Shown: positions 11,071 to 21,952 of the stretch, piece by piece
Layout of the letters: each line of letters starts with the position of its first letter
Position numbering within the stretch: position 1 is the stretch's first letter
From: Lytechinus pictus
Taxonomy: Eukaryota
DNA: 64,000 bases
NCBI RefSeq assembly: GCF_037042905.1
Contig: NC_087261.1
Location: 23,808,001 to 23,872,000, forward strand
Direction: 5' to 3'
Notes under the pieces: generated by a model
Told to the model about the DNA's origin: nothing
Databases searched by the model: none
What the model saw: only the letters and a program-made list of their open reading frames with translations
Translations under genes and position numbers: made by a program

Positions 11071-14000
11071 TACGTATCACTCCACTTCATCCCAACAAAC
11101 ATAACACATACACTTCTGTAAACATACTCAAACACACGCCCATAGACTATCCCTTGCACACACAAACACCCCAAGACACTCTCACAAACACCCCAACACA
11201 CGCACACCAGCGTGATTGACATATATCCTATAGACCCGCAGTTCCGCCCCCCCCCCCCCCCCCCCGTTATAGAGCAGCCATTTGTATGCTGTCCATATTA
11301 ACATTATCTCCCTTGTCTACAGAAAATATCTACCTATATAACGCTGAGAAAAAAAAATAATAATAAAAGAGTCCGAAAGAATAACCTGATTCTGTGTTTT
11401 AGCCCTTGTCCCATATCAAAGCTAGACTTAAAACGCTTAGACCTTCATAACATTTGGAGTGAACACATGTAAGAGTGAACCCAAATAAACCTACATAATA
11501 GGATATAACTCACTTGAAACGTATAGCATACTTAAAGATACCAGTCAAAATGAATACAGGACATCCAAGAGGGTTCTTATTGTAAAAGGTATTATCTGAC
11601 TGCACCGATAAAGGATACAGTTGATACTATGTTCCAACCTGTCGAAACTATTCCTATTCTTCTACATCCTAATTGAAAAGCAAATGGCAAAAACTCTTCC
11701 GGATACACAAAAATTCCCAATAACAATAACACCGTTCCAATAAACATATACAGCAGGACTTGTATACCTGCATTGGCATATTTGTTATTCTTCTGTAAAC
11801 CAATATGAATGAGATTTGGTATGAGAAGAGCTACTACCATGTGTCCTCTATTTATAATAAGCATGATAAGTGATACAATGAATGAAAGAAAAAAAAAACA
11901 CCTTTCAATCAATTCAAATCAAATGACAATACCAACAACAAAGTCATGATTATCCTTAAGAATGTATACGGGAATCTTTCAGACTCGTTCTGTGATGTAG
12001 TCATGCATGTTCCACCCACTAGACCCATTACATTATGAATGCATGCATGGAACAAACATTTACCCCACACAATAAACGTCATTCAAAATCGCTCTGTCCC
12101 CCAGTTCATCAGAATAAATGACAAAACTCTTCAAAGTACTTGAGATCCCATATAAAATAGCGCCGTTCTAATCAGAACAATCAGAAACAAATGAGAGCAA
12201 ATTTCTTGCCACTCGAATAGCTGGTTACTTTCAATAACATTAATGGAGCTATTCAAATTGCCTATGCTAATTTGTTTAGAGCCATTGTAACACAGATATC
12301 CTAATAATGTACTCTGCCAATTAAAGCTATACCTGCCTGAAGCAAAATCCTTCCACTCCTTCATTATTTTGTTTCATTGAATATGTAGATCAATAACCCC
12401 TAAAGAAATTTCAAAGACTCTAATTGTTGGAAGTGTCATTCCATGTGACTATTATCATTCAAAAATTCCTGGGATGGGCGATAGAAAAAAGACTTAATGC
12501 ATAATCACCAGCAAAAGGATCTTGCTTTCAACTCAGGGTCATACAGACGAATGAATTATCAATACAAAATTGCAAATGCACACAGAGCTATTCATCCTGT
12601 CTACCTTCATTAGCAATATTTATTCTTTTATAAACCGATTTAAGGTTATGCATTTAAATTAGACTGTGCATTGCATTACTTTTTCCCCCTTTTTTGGGCT
12701 AAAAGTGGTACAGTGAATGAGCCAAGAAACCCCTTCCTACCTTGCAAATTCAAGCTCAAAATTAATTAATTGCAAGTTAGGTAATATTTTTGTACCTTAT
12801 TGTTTCACCACACCAAAGATTAGTGCATTAACTCTCTCAAAAATATGTAAAAAATTAAAGAATTTTAAAGAATGTTATTTAACATCTTTTTGCCAGTCCC
12901 TCTCTCTCCCTCCGCCTCTCGCTTACAATAATGACGATACCAATGTACTATCGGAATGCGCTATTTTTTTTTATCCAATTAACATCATAACTATTGAAGG
13001 AAGATTTACCTTTTTTGTCTCCCTTTTTTTCAGACAGTTACTCCTCCTATCCGCTATACAAAGCGAAGAGATTGACATAACCAGATACATGTAGCTATAG
13101 ATATTGGCATCAGACCTACAACATTTAACTAGCATTCCTGTCATTATTAGAGGCAGTCCCCGAGAGCGTATAGAGAGGGAGAGAGAGAGATAGAAAGAGA
13201 TCATAAAATAAAAATGCATATTGTAAATACATACAATGTATACGCATATCCACTTATTTATAATGGATAAAAAAAGTATCTCTTCAAATCCATAGTTATT
13301 TTGCAAAGGAAATCCATACTTATTTTACAAAGTAGCTCCACAGCACTTTAATTCACTGCAGTTTGAAAAAAAAAACTGCAACTTAAAATGCCATTTCCTT
13401 TTTCCTCCCTTTCTCTTGGTTTGAACTTAAAGTTTTGTTATTACTTATTCCCACAAATATAAAAGAGAAATGGTAAAAGAAAAAAAAAAAATAGAAGAGG
13501 CTTTCTTTAGTAGGCCTATATTTTTTAATATTTACTTGGTACATATAAGAAGGCCTAAGAATAGCCTGCACAAGCAATCAGAGCCACTTTAGGCTCTAAT
13601 AAATATTTATTTAAAGAAAGAAAAAAAAAATATATGTATACAGGTCTATGTTACTTTTACACAAAATAAAGGGTGATTATTCCATGAACGTCTTCTAGTT
13701 TCTTCATTCTAGTTTCTTCTCGTTGCATAATATCTTTGATAATAAAAAAATATCAGCTCTCTAGCTTTCCACTTTTGAACATTGCGTCTCCTTTCCTTCC
13801 TTGCGTCAAAAATAAGATAAGATAAGATAAGAGTACGCAATATCTTTTCTCACACCACGCTTTAGTTATTGCTGTTATATTTTCCTGTCTTCTTTGTCCT
13901 GCATTTCTCTTCCTTTTTTGTTTGAATAGGAATATTCTTCAATCATCCTCATTGCATCTTTCAGAAATAATATACAATTTTGGTTTTAGTTGACTCGCAT

Positions 14001-14193
14001 TTTGTTGTGAAATATTCATCAAACCAAATTCTTATCACAGTTTAACAGTTTAAATGGTGTTTAGAAGGGTCTCACTTTGTGAAAACCTCTTTAACTCCGT
14101 AGTCTAGAAAATTAAATGCTTAGTGTAAGCGAATGTAAACATAACTGATACTTATCCAAGCTTTTCTCCTTGTATTCTCATAGCGCCAGTTGC

Positions 14194-15051
14194 TTATTCA
14201 GGGAGATTGGGCTCTGCACCAGTAGCTACCTGAAGACGTATTCGTGGGTTACCGGGATGTGTCTCTGTAGGAAGTTGCCGAATGAACACTTGTTGTCTCT
14301 CCCGTGGCACGTAAACTCGATCGATATACAATTTCCAAGGTTCGCTTCGGGAGAAATAAGCCATCTTACCTGAAGACCGGGCTGCCTTTAAGGCTGGCAA
14401 TTGAGCTCTTTGACGTTCTCTTATTCGCAGTGGGAGATCCTCTGTAATAAACATGCGTGAACCTTTCAAATTCTTCGCCCTTAGAAACACAGCAGCGCGA
14501 TCTTTATATCTTAAAAATCTTGCAATGATGGGGCGCGGTCTTCTGGCAGAGTTGATCCGATGGGCTCTTTGAAATTCAATCCTATCTGCAATCGCTCTAT
14601 CAAATCTAAGATGCTCCACAAAAAAGTCCCGTAAAAGGTTCTCCACATCTTCCTGTTGATTACCTTCTACTATTCCGTGAAAAAGTAAATTTTCTCGATT
14701 AATGTATGTCTTGAGACTGTCAATTTCCTGGTTGACTATTTCCTTATCCTCCTCTATTTTCTGCTGAAGTTCTGAAATATTCTGTCCATTAAAAGTGACC
14801 GAATTCACAACATCGTTAAGTTTTTCTTCAAATTTCTTTATTTTGGCTCCAAAGTTAAGTTCCAAAACTTGAATTCTTTCTAGTACCTTTCCTATCTCCT
14901 CTGCTAACATATTCTTAATGGCAGGCAAGAGAGCAGGTCCTTCGGGACTAGAGCCGGTAGATGGTCGAGGGCGTTTCCCGCCTTGTTTCCCTCGATGACC
15001 GCTCGACATTTTCGTAGTTACCGATATTTTTTCAACTTCAAATATCCACAT
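14194..15051 (-). CDS. L1-type ORF1p RNA-binding protein (coiled coil + RRM + CTD), 285 aa (alternative ATG at 15009)
   Basis: N-terminal basic patch (KRPRPS) and heptad-rich region, then RENLLFHGI, FQRAHRI, PRPIIARF, FITEDLP and KLYID motifs characteristic of L1/Tx1 ORF1p. Confidence 0.9.
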   Translation of the reverse strand: MWIFEVEKISVTTKMSSGHRGKQGGKRPRPSTGSSPEGPALLPAIKNMLAEEIGKVLERIQVLELNFGAKIKKFEEKLNDVVNSVTFNGQNISELQQKIEEDKEIVNQEIDSLKTYINRENLLFHGIVEGNQQEDVENLLRDFFVEHLRFDRAIADRIEFQRAHRINSARRPRPIIARFLRYKDRAAVFLRAKNLKGSRMFITEDLPLRIRERQRAQLPALKAARSSGKMAYFSRSEPWKLYIDRVYVPRERQQVFIRQLPTETHPGNPRIRLQVATGAEPNLPE

Positions 15052-15792
15052 TACATAATGGGAGAGAGGAGGCGAACCCGCGATACGTGTTACTCTCTGA
15101 CGAACATGCTGTCTAATCTAATATCAAATGGGGGAGTGGATGGACTTTCGTGATTCGAAAGTCCGCTCCTCCATCGTCCCACTTTTGGTGGCATCATTTT
15201 CATTTTATACATGTTTTATCCAAATATTAGACTTTGTGAATTGTCACTTACCTGTATAATGCGGTGGATTTACACTATGGTGCGCCATCTATCGGTTGCA
15301 GCGAATTGTCTAACTTAGCGGTCGACATCGCGCAACTGTACTATAATGTGACTGTGATGCTTCAAAAATAAAAACCACTCGACAGGAATGCACCAAAAAC
15401 GGTCTAAATTTCGCACATAAATATGCAGGCAAATTTCTCTCCCACCTCCTGGACCATAGTAAACAGCATAACCGGTCGAGCCGCGTCGGCCAGCGCTGAA
15501 TAATCGCATGTATGCATGCACTTAATATACCATACGTAATTTGGATATATTATTGAAGAAACCGTTTTTGTAGCATTTTCGATAATTACTTATGCTCCTT
15601 TATCATCACCCATCAATGTTCATTTTTTATATTACTTTTATGTATTTTGAAAAGTGATGTATCATGAACACAAATTTAAAGACAAATAAAACGGGCAAAG
15701 AAATTGTGTTAAATATCGCCAACGTATAATCTTAGTTTACCCACTGGACAGTCGATAACTTGTAAGGTCATTTGATAATAATTTAATATTAA

Positions 15793-16405
15793 AGGGATCC
15801 TGCGGGATGAGAGTGAAATGATTTTAACAGATAAAGAAAAACCAGTCAAACAAAACACTGAAAATTTGATCAAAATCGGACAACGAATAACAAAGTTATC
15901 GCATTTGAAAGATTTGCATTATTCTGTTATTCCGGTGAAACAGTTCTAGGCATGTCTTCAAGAATATTCAACGAGTAAATTGATGATGTAATATCCCCAC
16001 TTGTTATTTTTGTATTTTATTATATGAAACTAGGTTTATTAAATTCTTTTTCTACCAAGAACTGAACAAAATGGATTGACAACTGATTAGTGCATTTGAT
16101 ATTAATTGCTGCAACTTATTTCATTATAGATGAGACACATTATTCACGCATGTATAAAAAAATGAAACAATACTGATTTCATGTAATAACATTAGACAAA
16201 GGAAAGTGGGGATGTGACATCATCAGCCCACCTAATAAATATTCATCATAATGTGCATATAACTATTGTCACAAAATAATGGTAAAATTTAACATTCAAT
16301 AACTTCTTTATTTGTAATCCAATTTTGATATAATTTTCAGCACTTTGCTTTGTGAAATTTGCTCTATTTATTAAGATATGAATATTTTCCGGCCAGAGTA
16401 TCCCT
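15793..16405. mobile_element. TTAA-flanked MITE (Kolobok-like termini AGGG...CCCT)
   Basis: TTAA|AGGGATCCTGCGG ... CCGGCCAGAGTATCCCT|TTAA. Internal sequence is shared with 58396-58945. Confidence 0.75.
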
Positions 16406-16726
16406 TTAATATGAGAACTGCCTTTCCTACTGATTGTCTTAAAAAAAAATCCTAAAGTTTATAGATTTATATAATGTTTTGGGACATGCACGTACGTGTG
16501 GGTGCATACGCTGTCGTTGGTTAGTGCAGAGAGTCGTTAACCGGTATCGCTTTCGAAAATGAAAGCCAAGACTTGCGAAGAGGATATAAATACATGCGTG
16601 CAAAACAACAATTCAAACATGATATATATGTAAAGCTTGATCAATATAGCTACATGATCACCAACCTTATATCAGAAAGCATTTACGCTCATACAATGCC
16701 TTTTTTCTAGAATTGAAAATGTTAGG

Positions 16727-16806
16727 AAGAAGAAGAAGAACATAAAATAGAAAATAAGGAAGAAGAAGATGATGTGAAGAAGAAGAAGAAGAAGGTGGAG
16801 GAGGAG
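16727..16806 (+). repeat. (GAA)n-rich low-complexity tract
   Basis: Imperfect GAA/GGA repeats directly visible. Confidence 0.7.
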
Positions 16807-17933
16807 TGTCAGGGAAGAAATTTATTGAATTTAATTCCTTTGATTTATGTTCTGAGTTTATAAAGATAGTTCATGTGTTGTGAATATTTAAACCTATAGG
16901 TAAAAATGTACATGTGTTTGGAATATTCATCACATCCCTCAGGTGGACATGGTGGATGACATATTTTGCATGTTTTGTACAAGTGTTTTAAATAGTTATA
17001 TACAGTTCTCTTTAATGAATAGATTTGTACAATTGCACAGGAAGTGTCTTTTGTTATAAAGAATGTATTGCTTTAAGCACTCATCTGTCATTGAAATTCT
17101 TTGAATTACTTTAAAGAAATTTTACAGTTAAACCTAGTAACGGTAGGGTATATTAGGAGGTTAGTTTTAGTAATTCAGGGAGAACCACCTAAGCTAGAAT
17201 AGACCACAGATGATAGTATAGGCAGTCGAAATTAAAACTGAGGGACTACGTCGGTGACGAGATAACGACCCCAGCTGCCACCGGTTCTCCGCCGACATGA
17301 TTCGTCAAAACGCATGTCATCATTGGGGGCTCGATCTCGTCCACTATTAAATTCGTTGAAGCCACATCTCTCTGATCTGGGGGCTACTCATCAAGGGGCA
17401 ACACTGTCTGCGGAGGCCGAGGCCGAGTGGAACAGACATCGCAAGCTGCGGAGGCCAGGAACTGGACTGACCACCAGGGCAGAGTGGGGCATGTCAAGCA
17501 AGAAGAGATGATGGGGGCTCTAGTAAACTATTATTGTTAAGTTAATTTATATTTTGTTATCAATATTCATGTATATTTTCATGTACAATTATTGTAAAAC
17601 AAATTCAAAAGGAAACAACATAATGATATGAGAGCTTTGATTAAATCTTTTAATAACTGTATCAGTTTTACGTATTCCTTATTTGGTGTCGAACAGCAGT
17701 AGGTAAATTGAAAAAAAGTCACTCCCACGTGAAAAGGAGGAGTCGAAGAAGAATAAGAAGAAGGACTGGAAAGGCTATAGGTAGTTGCAAACCACCTGTG
17801 GTTATTATGGTAACATTACTATTCAGAAAGGGGGAAAGGTATATTATTGAATGTATTGTTGTTATATCATTAATTGAATTAGTCATTTGCGGTTGAATAA
17901 CCACACAAAAAAAATGCTAATTCATTCCACACA
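16807..17933. mobile_element. Solo LTR (1127 bp), probably Gypsy-type
   Basis: Begins TGTCAGGGAAGAAATT and ends AATTCATTCCACACA (TG...CA with an imperfect terminal inverted repeat). A 4-bp direct repeat GGAG flanks it at 16803-16806 and 17934-17937. Confidence 0.7.
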
Positions 17934-18019
17934 GGAGCTCCACGAAAATTGTTTTTGTCAGGGGGTAAAAAATAGGCTTGCGCCAAATGGCATCAAATTA
18001 GAAAATATTGATCATCAGA

Positions 18020-18400
18020 CTTCTTGCTAGTTTTTTATTTAACTTGCTCTCATTTCTTAATTTCTGCATCAGGTATGTTCATACTATACTTGGTAAATAT
18101 GATCCTTGAGTAATACCACATGTCCATGAGGATGATGAGTTAGAAGGTCATAAATTAGTCAAAGGTCAAATGATATGTGGTCACGTCCCTCGTTTTTTGA
18201 AGTTTTTGTTGAACTTGCTCTCATTTCTTTATTCCAGCATCAATTATGTTCATACTTGGTACGTATGATCCTTTGGTAATAATCATGTGTATCCGTGATG
18301 AGGATGGGATCAAAGGTAATCTAGGGGTCAAAAGATTACATTGCGTATTTTAATCATCGCGAAATCAAGCACGACTCGTGGTTCGCAAACCACCTTTTAC
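18020..18400. repeat. Two diverged ~170-bp tandem units with AAGGTCA motifs ending in a short hairpin (Helentron-associated/HINE-like element)
   Basis: AACTTGCTCTCATTTCTT...TATGATCCTT is repeated at ~18041 and ~18212. Terminal hairpin GTGGTT-CGCA-AACCAC at ~18378-18393. The family assignment is inference. Confidence 0.45.
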
Positions 18401-18522
18401 AGTTATCTTTTAGAATTGAATATGCTTTGATAAGTAAGAAAAAACAATAACTTTTTTTGTCAACCTAGCAAGAAGATTTCCATTGTTAATGGGGAAAGTT
18501 TATAATATACTCATATCCCTTT

Positions 18523-18681
18523 ATTATGTGCAACAAAGGTTATGGTGCCTTTGAAAGACATGAATCCTATTGTCAAAGGACATTGATTCTTTGACAATTT
18601 AAATTGTGTGTTTGACAGAACAATGATAATTCTAACAGAAGGATGTCTTTCAAAGGCACCATAGCCTTTGCAGCACATAAT
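18523..18681. repeat. Short foldback element (~39-bp inverted arms)
   Basis: ATTATGTGCAACAAAGGTTATGGTGCCTTTGAAAGACAT versus ATGTCTTTCAAAGGCACCATAGCCTTTGCAGCACATAAT. Confidence 0.75.
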
Positions 18682-18996
18682 GGACATATTTGATTAAATA
18701 ACAAGCTCCTATTAAAAATGCGAATCCCCTTACTTGGGTCGAACAATTTTCAGCTTTTACTTTTTTTTTATACGCACTGAATATATATGTGTGTGCATAT
18801 ATATATATATAAACTCCTAAAAAAAAATTGCACAAACAAAACATACATGCATGGGTATTTCAAACCACGATTCAAACCATGTTATTTCACAGAACAATCA
18901 CTACAGAAGCAGGGGCTTGATTTGAATGGATTTTCAACTCTACTGACACAGACAAAATAATATGTTCTGTATTGACCCTTCATGACTATTTCTGCT

Positions 18997-19390
18997 CGTT
19001 TTGCAGCTTTGCAATTCAGACCTCATCCAACACTTTCGAATCCTGCTCTTTTCGTGATGGCATGATCATAACAAGCATGGTATCATTTTAAAGAAAATTA
19101 AATGATCTTTTGAATAATATCAAATATGCATTGTGTAAGATTGGAAGTTAGGAGAAAATAATGGTCAAACTCAGATTTCCAAACCTTTTTTTGCTGGTTT
19201 TGAAGCTTTTCAATTCAAACCTCATCAAACACTTTTGAATCCTGCTCTTTTCGTGATGGCATGATCATAACAAGCATGGTATCATTTTAAAGAAAATTAA
19301 AGGATCTTTTGAATGATATCGAATATGCATTGTGTAAGATTGGGAGTTAGGAGAAATTAATGGCCAAACACAGATTTCCAAACTTTTTTT
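18997..19390. repeat. Two ~198-bp tandem units
   Basis: GAATCCTGCTCTTTTCGTGATGGCATGATCATAACAAGCATGGTATCATTTTAAAGAAAATTAAA occurs twice, with high identity across each unit. Confidence 0.85.
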
Positions 19391-20733
19391 GAGGGGTTTA
19401 TATATATATACCTCTCTTTTCTTTTCCATTTCATACACCCCACCCCCCTCCCGTCTCAGTGAACAACCTGTCGTTTTGTAACTTTTTAAGTATGCCTGAA
19501 CGCGGGGGTGGGGGTGCCTACATGTAGAACACGGCGAGTTTGGTCCTGTTAGACTCTTCCATGTTTAAGGATTGGTCCATGAATTGCCTAAAAACGGAGG
19601 ATTTCGTCTTTCATGAACATTTTTTCTCACTGTGTCTTTATTTTTTCGTCACGTGACTCTAACTCACACATCCATCTCCCTTCCCCAAGCCCCATTCACT
19701 CCCCCCCCCCCCTTCTATCCGCCTCTCTCCCTTTTCATCTCTCTAGCCATTTGTTTCTCTTTCACTTTTAATTCCTTTCTCTCCTACTTCCTCTTTCCAG
19801 TTGTGCACCCTCCTTTGTACCCCAACCAAATTCAATTCTAGCTCTATCTAACCAGGACACAATGATTCAGACAGTCATACCAACTCCTTTTGAGGCGACT
19901 CATGCGTGGCACTACTGCGGAATATAACATTGTTTGCGCTAGGCAACAACAAAAGCACTGGATTCATCTCTTGGCCTTGGTGCTCGAAAGAAAAACACAA
20001 AATCAAACAATTAGCGCTGCGAGTGCTGTTCCAGATTTATATTTTCGCCCGTGGAACGTTGTTCATGAACTTGCAGTCAGAAACAGGACCAGGAACTCGT
20101 CACCACGTAAAGTGTCATTACTTTTTTTTTGGAATAAGGACCAGTAACTGCAGAACCTGGTCTTCAATTGTATCGCATTGTGAGGTAGGCAGATTAATTC
20201 CTGACCGCTTTTCATTGTGTAACTAATATCATTATAACTAAGGATTCATATCGATTATCACACCGCTTAATTGCATTAAGTATACGACGTTGTTTGTATT
20301 AAGAGTGTTATGCAGTGTTGTATGGGATGTCGGTGCGTGTTAATACCCCCTGCATCGTCACCATGTGATCTACTACATATATTGCATAGTAACCTTTTCA
20401 TGCCAATGCTTTATATACAACCATTTTCCTAATTTCCTGACGAAGATGATTATGGAATAACCGGTGTTATGACAAAAATTGTTTCATTATTGTAGAGTCG
20501 AATTAAATGTATTCATCATGGTTCTTTATGTTGTATTTATTCTCATGTGCAATGGTGAAATATGAGAAGTGAGAAGTTTTGGAATCATCGTTGCTTCTTA
20601 ACCCAAGGTTTCTAACACATTGTGTTACATATCTAAGCTAACAAAGTTTATTTATTATGGTAGACTGATTCCCGTTATGATATTGTGAATTCCAATCAAA
20701 ACATAAACTTACTAATACCATGATAACCGCAGG

Positions 20734-20942
20734 GGTGACAAGACATATGCTCCGGCGACAATTGCTCCGGGCATTATGTCGTCTAAGATATATGGTTGGG
20801 AATAAAGCTGCAATGGGGTTTTATGTTAGGGTTAGGCTTTGGATAGGGTGGTGTTTTTAAATCCAGGGTTGAAGTTAAGTCATTCCATTGCGTCTGAAAC
20901 ATGCAGCAGATCAATTGTCGCCGGACAAAATGCCATGGAACC
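20734..20942. mobile_element. MITE with TIR GACATTTGCTCCGGCGACAATTGCTCC and internal GGGTTA-like repeats
   Basis: Inverted arms at 20742-20770 and 20905-20942. Same family as 55948-56165. Confidence 0.7.
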
Positions 20943-21679
20943 AATGCAGGTCCACTATCATTACGGCAAGATGATATACTGTCCATCTAAAGTTTTATAA
21001 ACAATTCCTTCAAGTATTTATGGGGGGGGGGGGGACTGACCAACACTGCGTGTTGTATCTTATTAAATGTGCGGTATGAATGGCTAGTCTTAAAAATGTA
21101 CCTTTTTAGATATTGCAGCTGATGAATTAGCCTATATTATATTCGAGTAGAGCTAAAATGATTTTGAGAGGATACCACTCTGTCTTGCTATTTTGAAACG
21201 TAATTATTTCGATGTAAATGTATCAAATCTTAAATTAGTGTGTTAAAATTAAGATAAGCCTATATTACAAGACTACGCTACTGAGAGTGTTGCGTTATGG
21301 AAAGTGAACCTGGCTGGCCAGATATGAGTAGTTGAGGACCTGAAGTGGGGCTTTTAAAGCTGCTGGTTTTGATGTCCTTTGGTATATACATGTAGATGTA
21401 TATATATATATATATATATAAAAACGCAAGTTATTTAGCCATGATAGTATTTTGCTGTTTTTGAGTCTGACCATGTACATGTACTAGGTCCATGTTCTGA
21501 CACAGAACGGCGTAATAAGATCATTGACCTTTCTACGCACTTGCATTGATCAATTTTATCACCATGCAAGCTCCACCATATGTATACAACGCTATATGCG
21601 TGTTAACAATGGTTAATGAAGTATTTTGAATTTGATACTGGAACCCCCCCCCCCCCATGTCCCCTATTTCCCCCTTATG

Positions 21680-21952
21680 CTCTAAGAGATTTTTGTAACA
21701 ATTTTCTTAATAACTTGTGTTTTAATCATTGGACCCCATGGAAGAACAGTACTGTCTATGGGCAGAGCTGAACTGGGTGTCCTTCCGATTTCACTATTTA
21801 TCATGTCTATCTCATATTTTTTTTTTGTATATATCTGTTCTAATTTGTTATTCTTTTATACTTTGCTTTTATATGTTCATTTGTACATTCATGTTTATTT
21901 TTTTATTGTGAATTTCGGAAAATAAATAAATACAAAAAATACAAATACAAAT
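21680..21952 (+). mobile_element. Short 3' end of a CR1/L2-group LINE (3' UTR plus (TACAAA)n tail)
   Basis: T-rich tract followed by AATAAATAAATACAAAAAATACAAATACAAA. The left boundary is approximate. Confidence 0.45.

Larger units (their letters stand above)
5417..15113 (-). mobile_element. Apparently full-length L1/Tx1-clade non-LTR retrotransposon (~9.7 kb including a nested MITE)
   Basis: On the minus strand: short 5' UTR (~15113-15052, boundary approximate), ORF1, long spacer, ORF2, ~550-bp 3' UTR, AATAAA near 5440 and a poly(A) tail (T-run 5417-5430). Confidence 0.85.

Noticed and set aside
10202-11104. Several overlapping 69-93 aa ORFs
   Set aside because: All lie inside the duplicated MITE and show no transposase motifs.
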